A stretch of DNA of 64,000 bases. Origin: an uncultured Bacilli bacterium. Its GTDB lineage: Bacteria > Bacillota_I > Bacilli_A > RF39 > UBA660. Positions within the stretch are counted from its first letter, which is position 1, and every line of letters starts with the position of its first letter. A model generated the notes under the pieces. It did no database searches, was not told the DNA's origin, and saw only the letters and a list, made by a program, of their open reading frames with translations. Below are positions 9,115 through 19,213 of the stretch, one piece after another. The translations under genes and the position numbers were made by a program. The stretch spans positions 3,872-67,871 of the forward strand of contig CALVRG010000027.1 of the NCBI GenBank assembly GCA_944358505.1, given 5' to 3'.

Positions 9115-9684
9115 ATGAAATGGGACATTGAAAAAATAAAAAAAGAAGTAAAAGAAAATTTATCAGAATATAGATATCAACATTCACTCAATGTTATGGA
9201 AGAAGCAGAAGCTTTAGCTAAACATTATGATGCGGATGTTGAAAAATGTAAATTATGTGGTTTAACTCATGATTTAGCAAAAGAATTTAATGAAGAAAAA
9301 AACAAAAAAATAATAGAAAAATATAATTTAAAAAAAACTTTATTAGATAGCAATTATAAAAATTTAGTACATGGATACATAGCATCTATTATTGCAAGAG
9401 AAAAATATAATTTCGATGAAGATATGATATTAGCAATTAGATATCATACTACAGGATATGTAGCAATGGACTTATTAGGTAAAATTATTTATCTTGCAGA
9501 TAAAATAGAAAAGGGTAGAGATAATGAAATAGTTACTGAAGCTAGAAAGCTTGCTTATCAAGATATTAATAAAGCAATTATATTTGTAATTACAAACCAA
9601 CTTAATAAATTAGAAAGTGAAAATAAAAAAGTATTAGATTTATCTTATGATACTTTAGAATTTTTAATGGAAATTAATAAATAA
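9115..9684 (+). CDS. yqeK: HD-domain hydrolase YqeK (bis(5'-nucleosyl)-tetraphosphatase-like)
   Basis: HD motif (YQHSLNVMEEA...GLTHDLAKE) in a 189-aa product, the typical YqeK size. Confidence 0.7.
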   Translation: MKWDIEKIKKEVKENLSEYRYQHSLNVMEEAEALAKHYDADVEKCKLCGLTHDLAKEFNEEKNKKIIEKYNLKKTLLDSNYKNLVHGYIASIIAREKYNFDEDMILAIRYHTTGYVAMDLLGKIIYLADKIEKGRDNEIVTEARKLAYQDINKAIIFVITNQLNKLESENKKVLDLSYDTLEFLMEINK

Positions 9685-9713
9685 TTGAAATATCTCTTAA
9701 TTAATGCTACAAT
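9685..9713 (+). promoter_or_regulatory. Sigma-A-like promoter
   Basis: TTGAAA-17 nt-TACAAT lies about 30 nt upstream of the 9744 ORF. Confidence 0.4.
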
Positions 9714-9743
9714 TTATTTAAATCAAGAGGTGGTGTTTTAATT

Positions 9744-10916
9744 ATGAATGAAAATAAAGGAAAAGAAATAATCACAAATAATCCTAATCAAAAGCCTAAA
9801 CCTGTTAAAAATAACAATGAGATGAAAAAAAAGTTAATGAAGGTAATGCTAATTGTATTAGGATTTTTAGTTTTCTTACTTATTGTTATTTTAATTATAT
9901 CAGTAGTAAGTAATGGAAATAAGAGTTATGAAGAAATAGAAAAAGAATTAAAAAACGCAGCTATAGAGTACTATAAAGTACAAAGTGGACTTTTACCTAG
10001 AGAAGAAGGAGAAACAGTTACTGTTAAGGCTAAAACTTTGGCAGATGCTGGTTTTATGAAACCTTTAAGTGAATTGAGAAAGAATGAAAGTTGTAGTGGT
10101 AGAGTAGAAGTCACTAAAATAAAGGACAATATCGTATATACTCCATATTTAGATTGTGGGGATAACTATACTACAAAAGAATTGTATAAAGCTATCTTAG
10201 AACAAGGTATTGTAACAACAGGAGCAGGTCTATATGATATGAATGGTGAAAAAGTTTATAGAGGCGATGATGTCAATAATTATGTTAGTTTAGATAAACA
10301 GGTATTTAGAATTGTTAAAGTAACTTCTGACAATAAGATATTATTAATATTAAATGAAATAGATTCAACAATGTCTTCTTATTATGATGATAGATATAAT
10401 CCTATTAAACAATTTAATAGTGGTTTTAATGATTATAAAATTAGTAGAATTTATACGTATTTAGATAATCTCTATAATGGTAAAGGTGAAATTCAACTTC
10501 TTAGTGATAATGATAAAGAAAAATTAACACCATTTAATTTATGCATTGGTAAGCGAACACCAACAGAAATAGTTAATAATAATACAGTAGAATGTAGTGA
10601 TGTATTAGAAAATCAAATGATAGGATTATTAACAGTAAGTGATTATATAAATGCATCACTTGATACTAATTGTAAAGCAACAACAGATAAGAGCTGCCAA
10701 AATTATAATTATTTGGAATTAAAAAATATTGACTGGTGGTTAGTAACTGGCAACTCGCTTAATAATTACGAATCATATATAGTAAAAATGAGCGGCTACA
10801 TTGATGAAACAACAACATCTAGTTATAAAAAAATAAGACCTGTAATAATGTTAAATAATAATGTTATGATTAAATCTGGAGACGGAAGTGTTTCTAATCC
10901 ATTTATATTGAAATAA
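9744..10916 (+). CDS. Hypothetical membrane-anchored extracellular protein
   Basis: RBS AGAGGTGG. The product has an N-terminal low-complexity region, a single TM helix, and about 330 aa of extracytoplasmic sequence with several Cys residues. Confidence 0.4.
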   Translation: MNENKGKEIITNNPNQKPKPVKNNNEMKKKLMKVMLIVLGFLVFLLIVILIISVVSNGNKSYEEIEKELKNAAIEYYKVQSGLLPREEGETVTVKAKTLADAGFMKPLSELRKNESCSGRVEVTKIKDNIVYTPYLDCGDNYTTKELYKAILEQGIVTTGAGLYDMNGEKVYRGDDVNNYVSLDKQVFRIVKVTSDNKILLILNEIDSTMSSYYDDRYNPIKQFNSGFNDYKISRIYTYLDNLYNGKGEIQLLSDNDKEKLTPFNLCIGKRTPTEIVNNNTVECSDVLENQMIGLLTVSDYINASLDTNCKATTDKSCQNYNYLELKNIDWWLVTGNSLNNYESYIVKMSGYIDETTTSSYKKIRPVIMLNNNVMIKSGDGSVSNPFILK

Positions 10917-10917
10917 A

Positions 10918-10947
10918 ATATGCAGATAATTTGCATATTTTTTTTTA
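10918..10947 (+). terminator. Rho-independent terminator
   Basis: atatgca-gataatt-tgcatat hairpin followed by a T9 run. Confidence 0.5.
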
Positions 10948-10973
10948 TTTGGTTAATTATATTATTAGGTTAG

Positions 10974-11432
10974 GTGAAAAATATGACTAATAAAAAATAT
11001 GAAAAGTTAGTAAAAAAACACACTCCAAAAGAAAATAAATTAAAATATGCTATAACTGCCTTTTTAGTAGGGGGTTCTATAGGAACTTTAGGTGAACTTT
11101 TAATTAGAATTTATATCATGATATTTAATACTTCTAGACATCAAGCATCTACTTATATGATAATAACCTTTATTTTTTTCGCTTCACTTTTTACTGCTTT
11201 AGGTTTTTTTGATAAGTTAGTAGTTAAAGCTAAAGCTGGCCTTTTAATACCAATAACAGGATTTGCCCATTCTATGACTAGTGCAGCTTTAGACTATAAA
11301 AACGAAGGACCAATTTATGGAATAGGTAGTAATGTTTTTAAAATGGCAGGATCTGTTATATTTTATGGGATAATTTCTGCTTGGTTTTTTGGCCTTGTTA
11401 GATATTTATGGGAGGTATTAGTATGTTATTAA
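10974..11432 (+). CDS. spoVAC: Stage V sporulation protein AC
   Basis: The SpoVAC/SpoVAEb-family membrane core GFAHSMTSAALDYKNEGPIYGIGSNVFKMAGSVIFYGIISAWFFG. It is the first gene of the spoVAC-AD-AE triad. Confidence 0.75.
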   Translation: MKNMTNKKYEKLVKKHTPKENKLKYAITAFLVGGSIGTLGELLIRIYIMIFNTSRHQASTYMIITFIFFASLFTALGFFDKLVVKAKAGLLIPITGFAHSMTSAALDYKNEGPIYGIGSNVFKMAGSVIFYGIISAWFFGLVRYLWEVLVCY

Positions 11433-12418
11433 ATTTTAGAAATGTTTACTTAAATAATGTTAGCACTGTTTGCGGCCCGTATGAATCATTTGGACCACTT
11501 CATAAAAACTTTGATAAATGTTATAAAGATAATTTATATTGCAAAGAAAAATCGTTTGAAAAGGCAGAGATTAGATTGCTTGAAGATAGTATAAAAATAT
11601 TATTAAAGAAAACTAAACTACAATCTAAAGATATAGAATTAGTGATAGCGGGAGACTTATTAAATCAAATAGCATCTTCATGCTATGGATCGTTGAATCT
11701 AAAAAGTCCTTTTCTAGGCATTTATACAGCTTGTGCCACTAGTATTGAGGGAATGCTTATAGCTTCTACTTTTATAGATAGTGGAAAAACAAATAATGCT
11801 TTAGTTGCATGTTCATCACATAATATGTCAAGTGAAAAACAATTTCGCAATCCAACAGAGTATGGTTCACCAAAACCAAAGACAGCTACTTTTACTTCAA
11901 CAGGAGGTGCTAGTGCTCTTCTTTCTAATAAACCAAGTAAAATTAGAGTAGTTAATGGCCTTATTGGTACTATAGTTGATTATAATCAAAAAGATCCATT
12001 TAATATGGGAGCAGCCATGGCATGTGCAGCAGCAGATACACTATATAAATATTTAACTTTTACTAATTCTAAAGTAAATGATTATGACTTAATATTAACA
12101 GGAGACTTGGGTAAATATGGTAAAGAAATATTAAAAGATCTAATGAGGGAAAACTATAATATTGATTTATCTAAAAATTATAATGATTGTGGAGTAATGT
12201 TATATGATTTAGAAAAACAAAAAGAAGTAATGGCAGGAGGAAGTGGGCCTGTATGTTCTGCACTGGTTAATTATAGTACTATTTTCAAGGGACTTATGGA
12301 AAATAAATATAAAAAAGTTTTATTAATAGCTACAGGGGCATTATTTTCACCTATTATGCTTTATCAAAAAGAAAATATTCTTTCAATTGCAAATTTAATA
12401 TGTCTGGAGGCGATTTAA
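11423..12418 (+). CDS. spoVAD: Stage V sporulation protein AD (thiolase-fold, DPA uptake)
   Basis: The track ORF starts at 11408. The ATG at 11423 has GGGAGG 8 nt upstream. The roughly 330-aa thiolase-like product with conserved Cys/His residues sits between spoVAC and spoVAEb. Confidence 0.75.
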   Translation: MLLNFRNVYLNNVSTVCGPYESFGPLHKNFDKCYKDNLYCKEKSFEKAEIRLLEDSIKILLKKTKLQSKDIELVIAGDLLNQIASSCYGSLNLKSPFLGIYTACATSIEGMLIASTFIDSGKTNNALVACSSHNMSSEKQFRNPTEYGSPKPKTATFTSTGGASALLSNKPSKIRVVNGLIGTIVDYNQKDPFNMGAAMACAAADTLYKYLTFTNSKVNDYDLILTGDLGKYGKEILKDLMRENYNIDLSKNYNDCGVMLYDLEKQKEVMAGGSGPVCSALVNYSTIFKGLMENKYKKVLLIATGALFSPIMLYQKENILSIANLICLEAI

Positions 12419-12769
12419 ATGTATTTTATAAATTCATTTTTGTTCTGCGGACTTGTATGTTTAATAGCAGAACTAATACTAGATAACACAAAATTAACAC
12501 CAGGACATATTACTTCCCTCTTTGTTTGCATAGGTGCAGCTTTAGATACATTAGGAATATATGATTATATTATTGTAAAAGTAGGTGGTGGTGCTCTTCT
12601 ACCCATCACAAGCTTTGGGCATTCTCTAATACATGGGGCTTTATTAGGAGCAGAAGCAAATGGGGTAATAGGATTATTAATTGGTATGTTTGACTTAACT
12701 GCATCAGGTATAACAGCAGCAGTTATCTTTACCTTTGTTTTTACTTTAATTTTTAAAGCAAAAGATTAA
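12419..12769 (+). CDS. spoVAE: Stage V sporulation protein AEb
   Basis: A 116-aa membrane protein (GGGALLPITSFGHSLIHGALLG) paralogous to SpoVAC. GGAGG lies upstream and the start overlaps the spoVAD stop. Confidence 0.7.
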   Translation: MYFINSFLFCGLVCLIAELILDNTKLTPGHITSLFVCIGAALDTLGIYDYIIVKVGGGALLPITSFGHSLIHGALLGAEANGVIGLLIGMFDLTASGITAAVIFTFVFTLIFKAKD

Positions 12770-12801
12770 TTATTGTAAATAATAATAGTAGGAGGATATA
12801 G

Positions 12802-13902
12802 ATGAAAATATTTATAATACTATTATTATTTTTTTCATGTTTAAATGTTTATAGTCAAACAATAACTACTGAATATATTAAAGTAGGAGAAGTGGATCAA
12901 AATTATAGCCCTAATAATCTAGAAAAAATAGAAAAAGTTACTTATTATCAACAAGAAAAAATTAATAAAGAATTTAAATATTTAGATAAACCTGATGATG
13001 AATATAACATTAAAAGTAACGAAGTAATTTATGGGAAATATAGTAATTATCAAAAAGAAAGAAAATTTGATAAAACTTTAGACGAAGAAAGAAAAATTAT
13101 CTATTACTATCAGGATTTAAAAAAAATAAATTATCTCACTATCAAGAATATAAATAATCTTTTAATTACTAAAATAATACTTAAATATAAAAATAGAGTT
13201 ATATATGAAGAAAATAATATAAAAGACACCTATAAAATTAAATTAAGAAAAAAATATAGCCCTGAATATTTAACTTTAGAATTAACTTGTTTTTTAAAGC
13301 AAGAGGATTTAAAAGGAAACTTTAAAATAGAAAATAGCAAATTCATAGAAGAAACAATAGAAGTAAAAGAGAAAGGATTTACTAAAATAAAGGTAAAATT
13401 AATAAATTGCCTTAATAAAATGATCTATGATAATAAAATAAATAAGACTATTAGCATAGACGACAAATTTTATATTAATATAGTAGATAAAAAAATATTA
13501 TATCGCTATCGTAAAAAATATTATAAGTATTATAAAAATGAAGAAATTACTAGTGAAAAACTAGATTCTGATTATAAAATAACTAATAAAATCAATAAGT
13601 ATTATTTATATCGTAAAGAAATTATAGAGCTTTATGATGATATTAATTTGAATGATTATCTAGATTTAAATAAGATAATAAAAAGTAGTACAATACCAAT
13701 TAGTAAATTAAATTTTAACTATAATAAAGTTTGTGGCAAAACCAACCTAGCTATAAAATATAAAAGTTTTGAAACAAATTTAACAATTGTATTTAACTGT
13801 AACAAAATTCCAAAAAGTATAGTTGAAAAGGGAAAAACTAAGTCTATTGGTAGAAAATTATTTAATATTTTGTTCACTACAATTTTCTTAAAAAAAATGT
13901 AG
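12802..13902 (+). CDS. Hypothetical secreted or lipoprotein-like Lys/Tyr/Ile-rich protein
   Basis: Strong RBS GTAGGAGGA. N-terminal signal peptide (MKIFIILLLFFSCLNVYSQ). No recognisable domain. Confidence 0.35.
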   Translation: MKIFIILLLFFSCLNVYSQTITTEYIKVGEVDQNYSPNNLEKIEKVTYYQQEKINKEFKYLDKPDDEYNIKSNEVIYGKYSNYQKERKFDKTLDEERKIIYYYQDLKKINYLTIKNINNLLITKIILKYKNRVIYEENNIKDTYKIKLRKKYSPEYLTLELTCFLKQEDLKGNFKIENSKFIEETIEVKEKGFTKIKVKLINCLNKMIYDNKINKTISIDDKFYINIVDKKILYRYRKKYYKYYKNEEITSEKLDSDYKITNKINKYYLYRKEIIELYDDINLNDYLDLNKIIKSSTIPISKLNFNYNKVCGKTNLAIKYKSFETNLTIVFNCNKIPKSIVEKGKTKSIGRKLFNILFTTIFLKKM

Positions 13903-13990
13903 GATGAAATAAAATTCTATTTCTGTCGAAATCATTGTTTATCAATTTCTTTTATTTTATGATTAACAAGAATAGAAAGGAATGATATAA

Positions 13991-14635
13991 GTGGTTGATG
14001 ATGTATTAAAGTATGAAGGCTTAGTTAGAAGTATTACTAATAAGTATAATTTTCGAAGTGACTATGATGACCTCTATCAAGCAGGAATGATGGGATTAAT
14101 AAAAGCATTAAAAAAATATGACACAACAAGAACAACTGATTTTATTGATTATGCATATTTTTACATTAAAGGAGAAGTTTTAAAAACTATAAACAATGAT
14201 TACCAAGTCCATGTTTCTCCTGATACATACAAATTAAGTAAAGAAATAAATGAAACAAGGAATTCACTTATTCAAAATTTAGGAAGAGAACCTACAGCTT
14301 TAGAGATATCTTTTGTTTTAGGAGAAAGTGAAGAAAAAATAATTAGTGTTATGAATGCTGTTAAAACAGCTTATAGTTTAGATAATACTTATTTAGATGA
14401 AGATAGTAATATGTATAACAAAATTGCTTTAATAGAAAAAGGCTACAACGTTGGTGTTCTTGATTTAAAAGAAGCCATTAATGGTTTAGAAGAAAGTGAA
14501 AAAGAATTAATAACTTCTAGGTATTATCAAGATATGACTCAAAAAGAAACAGCAAATATTTTAGGAATATCACAAGTACAAGTTAGTAGAAAAGAAACAA
14601 AAATATTAGAGAAATTAAAAACGAAAGTAGCTTGA
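13991..14635 (+). CDS. Sigma-70 family sigma factor with a sporulation-type (SigF/SigG-like) region 4
   Basis: Region 2 (DDLYQAGMMGLIKALKKYD) and region 4 HTH (TQKETANILGISQVQVSRKETKILEKLK). The 214-aa product starts at a GTG with AAAGGAA upstream. No spoIIAA/AB-like genes are adjacent. Confidence 0.75.
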   Translation: MVDDVLKYEGLVRSITNKYNFRSDYDDLYQAGMMGLIKALKKYDTTRTTDFIDYAYFYIKGEVLKTINNDYQVHVSPDTYKLSKEINETRNSLIQNLGREPTALEISFVLGESEEKIISVMNAVKTAYSLDNTYLDEDSNMYNKIALIEKGYNVGVLDLKEAINGLEESEKELITSRYYQDMTQKETANILGISQVQVSRKETKILEKLKTKVA

Positions 14636-14731
14636 AACTAAAATTTTAAATTTAAGTATATAGATAGTAAATTTAATAATAAATTCAAAATATAATAAAT
14701 AATAAATTAAATATAAGTTATTTAAAATTAG

Positions 14732-14760
14732 GAAAGTAGATATCTACTTTCTTTTTATTT
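14732..14760 (+). terminator. Rho-independent terminator after the sigma gene
   Basis: gaaagtaga-ta-tctactttc palindrome followed by tttttattt. Confidence 0.55.
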
Positions 14761-14836
14761 AAGTAAAAAAACTAAATATTATCATAGTGCAATTTCATAT
14801 GTTTTGTGATACAATTTTTCTAGTTAGAGGTGACTT

Positions 14837-15862
14837 ATGAGTATATATAATTTAACAATAGAAGAACTAACAGATTATTTTTTAAAAAATAATGAAAAAA
14901 AATTTTTTGCCAAAGAATTGTTTTCGTGGTTATATGAGAAGGATAAAAGAATTACTGATTTTGACATGGCAACTAATTTAAAAAAGAGCACAAGAGAAAG
15001 ATTAAAAGCTGAGTTTAAAATTTCTACTTTAGATATTGTAACAGTTGAAAAAGCAAAAGATGTTAGAAAATATTTGTTTAAACTTAATGATGGCGAACAT
15101 ATAGAAGCAGTACTTATGCATCATGATTATGGAAATAGTCTTTGTATTTCTAGTCAAGTTGGTTGTAATATGGGATGTAAGTTTTGTGAGTCAGGAAGAA
15201 GAAAAAAAGTGCGTAATTTAACGTCAGGAGAAATGGTAGAGCAAATACTTAAGGTAGAAAGTGAAGGAAAAGTTAGAATAAGTCATGTTGTTATTATGGG
15301 AATAGGAGAACCATTTGATAACTATGATAACATTTGTAAATTCATAAAAATAATTAATCATCAAAATGGATTAAATATAGGATCTAGACATATAACAGTA
15401 TCAACTTGTGGACTAGTTCCTAAAATATTAGATTTTGCTAATTTTCCATATCAAGTAAATCTTGCTATTAGTCTCCATGCTCCAACAGATGAATTAAGAA
15501 AACAACTTATGCCTATTGCCAAAGTTTATCCTCTAAAAGAACTAATGGAATCTATAAAAATTTATTTAGAAAAGACTAATCGTAGAGTAACATTTGAATA
15601 TATTCTATTAAAAGATATAAATGATAAGGAAGAAGATGCCAATAATCTTTCTAAATTATTAAAAGGAATAAATGCTTACGTTAACTTAATACCATATAAT
15701 GAAACAGAAGCTTTACAGTTTGCAAGAAGTAATGCTTTAACAATTGCAAAGTTTTATGATATACTAAAGAAAAATAATATTACAGTTACAATTAGGCGAG
15801 AATTTGGAGGGACTATTAGTGCCGCTTGTGGACAGCTTAGAAGTAAGAAGGAGGATATATGA
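14837..15862 (+). CDS. rlmN: 23S rRNA (A2503-C2)/tRNA methyltransferase RlmN (radical SAM)
   Basis: CNMGCKFCESG radical-SAM cysteine motif, and the conserved C-terminal Cys in GTISAACGQL. RBS GAGGTGA. It heads the conserved rlmN-prpC-prkC-rsgA-rpe block. Confidence 0.85.
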   Translation: MSIYNLTIEELTDYFLKNNEKKFFAKELFSWLYEKDKRITDFDMATNLKKSTRERLKAEFKISTLDIVTVEKAKDVRKYLFKLNDGEHIEAVLMHHDYGNSLCISSQVGCNMGCKFCESGRRKKVRNLTSGEMVEQILKVESEGKVRISHVVIMGIGEPFDNYDNICKFIKIINHQNGLNIGSRHITVSTCGLVPKILDFANFPYQVNLAISLHAPTDELRKQLMPIAKVYPLKELMESIKIYLEKTNRRVTFEYILLKDINDKEEDANNLSKLLKGINAYVNLIPYNETEALQFARSNALTIAKFYDILKKNNITVTIRREFGGTISAACGQLRSKKEDI

Positions 15863-16599
15863 AATCGTTTTATTTAACTGATGCTGGAAAAGTTAGAGAT
15901 CATAATGAAGATAGTGTATTAATTGTTCATAATGCTAATAATGATACTTTAATGGCTATAGCCGATGGAATGGGAGGACACTCTGCTGGTGAAGTAGCAT
16001 CATCAATCGCTATAACTCATTTAGCAAAGGATTTTAATGAGAATTTTCATAATATGTCTAAAATGGATGCAATAAATTTTTTACGAGATAGTGTTAATGA
16101 AATAAATGATAGCATTTTTAGACATGAGAAGACACACCCTGAAAGTAAAGGTATGGGAACAACATTAGTTACTGCAGTAATAACTAAAGATTATATATTA
16201 TTTGGAAATATTGGAGATTCATCCGGATTTGTAATGAAAGATAATAAATTGCATAAAGTTACCTATGATCATACCTTAGTGAATCTATTAGTATCAGCTG
16301 GAGAATTAACAGAAGAAGAAGCAAAAGATCATCCAAAGAAAAATGTTTTAATGAAAGCATTAGGAGCAAATGATCCAATTGATATAGATATTTTTGATTG
16401 TGATACTGAACTTGATGGGATTTTATTAGCAAGTGATGGTCTTACTAATATGCTTGAAGAAGAAATAATAGAAAAGGTACTTTTAGGTGAAGGAGATATA
16501 GAAGATAAAGTAATTAAGTTAATCAGAAAGGCAAATAATAGAGGGGGAACTGATAATATATCAGTAGCATATTTAAATTTTAAAGAGGGTGAAGAATAA
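15859..16599 (+). CDS. prpC: PP2C-type Ser/Thr phosphatase (Stp/PrpC)
   Basis: PP2C motifs (ADGMGGH, DGLTN, GGTDNIS). The start overlaps the rlmN stop. Confidence 0.85.
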   Translation: MKSFYLTDAGKVRDHNEDSVLIVHNANNDTLMAIADGMGGHSAGEVASSIAITHLAKDFNENFHNMSKMDAINFLRDSVNEINDSIFRHEKTHPESKGMGTTLVTAVITKDYILFGNIGDSSGFVMKDNKLHKVTYDHTLVNLLVSAGELTEEEAKDHPKKNVLMKALGANDPIDIDIFDCDTELDGILLASDGLTNMLEEEIIEKVLLGEGDIEDKVIKLIRKANNRGGTDNISVAYLNFKEGEE

Positions 16600-18380
16600 T
16601 GGTTACAAAGGGGCAAAAAATTAATAATCGTTATGAGATAATTAAATCAATAGGCGAAGGTGGTATGGCTAATGTTTATCTTGCATACGACACAATATTA
16701 GATCGCAATGTTGCCATAAAAGTATTAAGAGGAGATTTGGCAAATGATGAAAAGTTTGTAAGAAGATTTCAAAGAGAAGCATTATCTGCATCTAGTTTAT
16801 CTCATCCTAATATAGTCGCAATGTATGATGTAGGAGAAGATGATGGACTATATTATATAGTTATGGAATATGTTGAAGGAAAAACATTAAAGCAATTACT
16901 TAAAAAAAGAGGAAGTCTTACTTTAAGCGAATGCATAGACATTATGCTACAATTAACTGATGGAATGGCTCATGCACATGATTCATATATTGTTCATCGT
17001 GATTTAAAACCACAAAATATTATGATAGAAGATGATGGACAAATTAAAATAACTGATTTTGGTATTGCTATGGCTTTAAATTCAACACAATTAACACAAA
17101 CTAATTCTGTTATGGGATCAGTTCACTATCTTCCACCAGAACAAGCAGCAGGTAAAGGGACAACTATAAAAAGTGATATTTATTCAATGGGAATAATTTT
17201 CTATGAATTATTAACAGGAGAGCTTCCGTTCAAAGGAGATAGTGCAGTTGAAATTGCCCTAAAACAAATGAAGGAACCATTACCAGATGTTCATAAGTTA
17301 AACAATGATATTCCTCAAAGTATAGAAAATATTATTTTAAAAGCAACAGCTAAAAATCCTAAAAATAGATATGATGATGCTAAAAGTATGCATAATGATC
17401 TTTTAACAGCACTTAATGATGATAGAATTAATGAAGAACCTTACGTTTATCAATATCCTGAAAATGAAGTTGATGAAACTACAAAAATAATGAAACCAAT
17501 TAATGATGAAAATACAGGAATTGCAACACCGATAACAGATGAAAAAGAAAAAAAGTCAAACAAACTAATAATAGCATTATCAATAATTGCAGGAGTAATT
17601 ATAATAGCGTTAATTTCAGTTTTCTTTATAATACCATCTTTAACAGCTGAATCTGATGTAAAAGTTCCTGATGTAAGTGGTATGACAGTTAGTAAAGCAG
17701 AATCCACATTAGAAAAAGCTGGACTAATTGTTAATAGCAAAATAGAAGAAGTAGCAAGTGAAAAAGTAGAGAAAAATAGAATAATAAAAACAAATCCTAA
17801 AGCAGGAAGTACTATTAAAGAAGGAAGTAAAGTTACTTTATACAAATCAACAGGTGTAAAAACATATGAATTAGAAAATTATGTAAATATGGATATAGAT
17901 GAAGTAAAAACTATACTAGAAGAAATGGGATTAAAAGTTACAATTCAAGAAATAGAACCAGATGCTACTACTTGTTCTGTAATAGGCCAAAATCTAATTA
18001 TATCCCAATCACTCGATGAAGGCAGTGAGGTAAAATCAGGAGATGAAATAACTTTAATAGTTTTAAAAACAATAACATTTCCTGATTGGTATTTACAAAC
18101 AGAAGATGTAGTAACAACTTGGGCAAATAATGCATGTGTAACAGTAACTACTAATTATCAGGAAGTAACAGATGAAAATTTAGTAGGAAAAATAATAACT
18201 CAATCTCGTCCTAATGGTTCAACTGTAAAAAATAATGATAGTGTAACCATTACGATAGGTAAAAAATCTTCTATTAACAATACTGATGATAATGAAGAAA
18301 ATGAAAATACAGAAAAAGACGATACTGAAAATACAAATGAAAATGAAAATTCAAATGTACCAAATAACTCTAAGGAGTAA
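16599..18380 (+). CDS. prkC: Ser/Thr protein kinase PrkC with PASTA repeats
   Basis: Hanks kinase motifs (HRDLKPQNI, DFGIA, GSVHYLPPE), a TM helix, then three PASTA-like repeats, and a low-complexity acidic N/E-rich tail. Confidence 0.9.
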   Translation: MVTKGQKINNRYEIIKSIGEGGMANVYLAYDTILDRNVAIKVLRGDLANDEKFVRRFQREALSASSLSHPNIVAMYDVGEDDGLYYIVMEYVEGKTLKQLLKKRGSLTLSECIDIMLQLTDGMAHAHDSYIVHRDLKPQNIMIEDDGQIKITDFGIAMALNSTQLTQTNSVMGSVHYLPPEQAAGKGTTIKSDIYSMGIIFYELLTGELPFKGDSAVEIALKQMKEPLPDVHKLNNDIPQSIENIILKATAKNPKNRYDDAKSMHNDLLTALNDDRINEEPYVYQYPENEVDETTKIMKPINDENTGIATPITDEKEKKSNKLIIALSIIAGVIIIALISVFFIIPSLTAESDVKVPDVSGMTVSKAESTLEKAGLIVNSKIEEVASEKVEKNRIIKTNPKAGSTIKEGSKVTLYKSTGVKTYELENYVNMDIDEVKTILEEMGLKVTIQEIEPDATTCSVIGQNLIISQSLDEGSEVKSGDEITLIVLKTITFPDWYLQTEDVVTTWANNACVTVTTNYQEVTDENLVGKIITQSRPNGSTVKNNDSVTITIGKKSSINNTDDNEENENTEKDDTENTNENENSNVPNNSKE

Positions 18381-18382
18381 GT

Positions 18383-19213
18383 ATGCAAGGACAAATTATT
18401 AAAATAAGTAGTAATAGACATATTGTTAGTAGTAAAGGAAGAGAATATAATACTATTCCACGGGGTAAATTTAGAAAAGAACAAATAATACCTAAAGTCG
18501 GCGATTATGTTAACTTTGATGATAAAAGTTTAGTTATAGAAAATATACTACCAAGAAAAAACACATTTAATAGACCAATGGTAAGTAATATAGATCAAGC
18601 TTTTATTGTTATAAGTCTAGTTAATCCTGACTTTTCTTTAGGTTTGTTAGATAAGTTTATCGCTCATATGGAACTTCATAATGTTGATATTACAATCTGC
18701 CTTACTAAAACAGATTTAGTTAATTCTATAAAATATGAAGAAATAATTAAACAAATGGAATATTATAAAAATATAGGCTACAAAGTAATTACTAATTTAG
18801 AATTAGATAAAATAAAAAAACTTATTAAAGATAAGACTAATGTTTTTATTGGTCAAACAGGAGCAGGAAAAAGTAGTCTATTAAATAAATTAAATCCTAA
18901 TTGGAATTTAAAAACTGGAGAAGTTTCTATTGCATTAGGAAGGGGACGACACACTACAAGAAATGTTGAGCTATATGAGTTTTTAGATGGTAAAGTTTTA
19001 GATACTCCTGGTTTTTCCGCACTTGATTTTACTAACTATAAAAAAGACCAAATAAAAGAGGCATTTATAGAATTTTCTAAATACAATTGTCCGTTTAAGG
19101 ATTGTTCTCATACTAAAGAAAAAGAATGTGCTATTAAAAAAGAAGTAGAAGAGGGTAAAATACTTAAAAATCGTTATATTAATTATTTAAAATTTTACGA
19201 GGAGGCAAAATAA
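18383..19213 (+). CDS. rsgA: Ribosome small-subunit-dependent GTPase A (RsgA/CpgA)
   Basis: Circularly permuted GTPase: OB domain, then G4 (TKTD) placed before G1 (GQTGAGKSSL), and a C-terminal Zn-binding pattern CPFKDCSH..C. Confidence 0.85.
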   Translation: MQGQIIKISSNRHIVSSKGREYNTIPRGKFRKEQIIPKVGDYVNFDDKSLVIENILPRKNTFNRPMVSNIDQAFIVISLVNPDFSLGLLDKFIAHMELHNVDITICLTKTDLVNSIKYEEIIKQMEYYKNIGYKVITNLELDKIKKLIKDKTNVFIGQTGAGKSSLLNKLNPNWNLKTGEVSIALGRGRHTTRNVELYEFLDGKVLDTPGFSALDFTNYKKDQIKEAFIEFSKYNCPFKDCSHTKEKECAIKKEVEEGKILKNRYINYLKFYEEAK

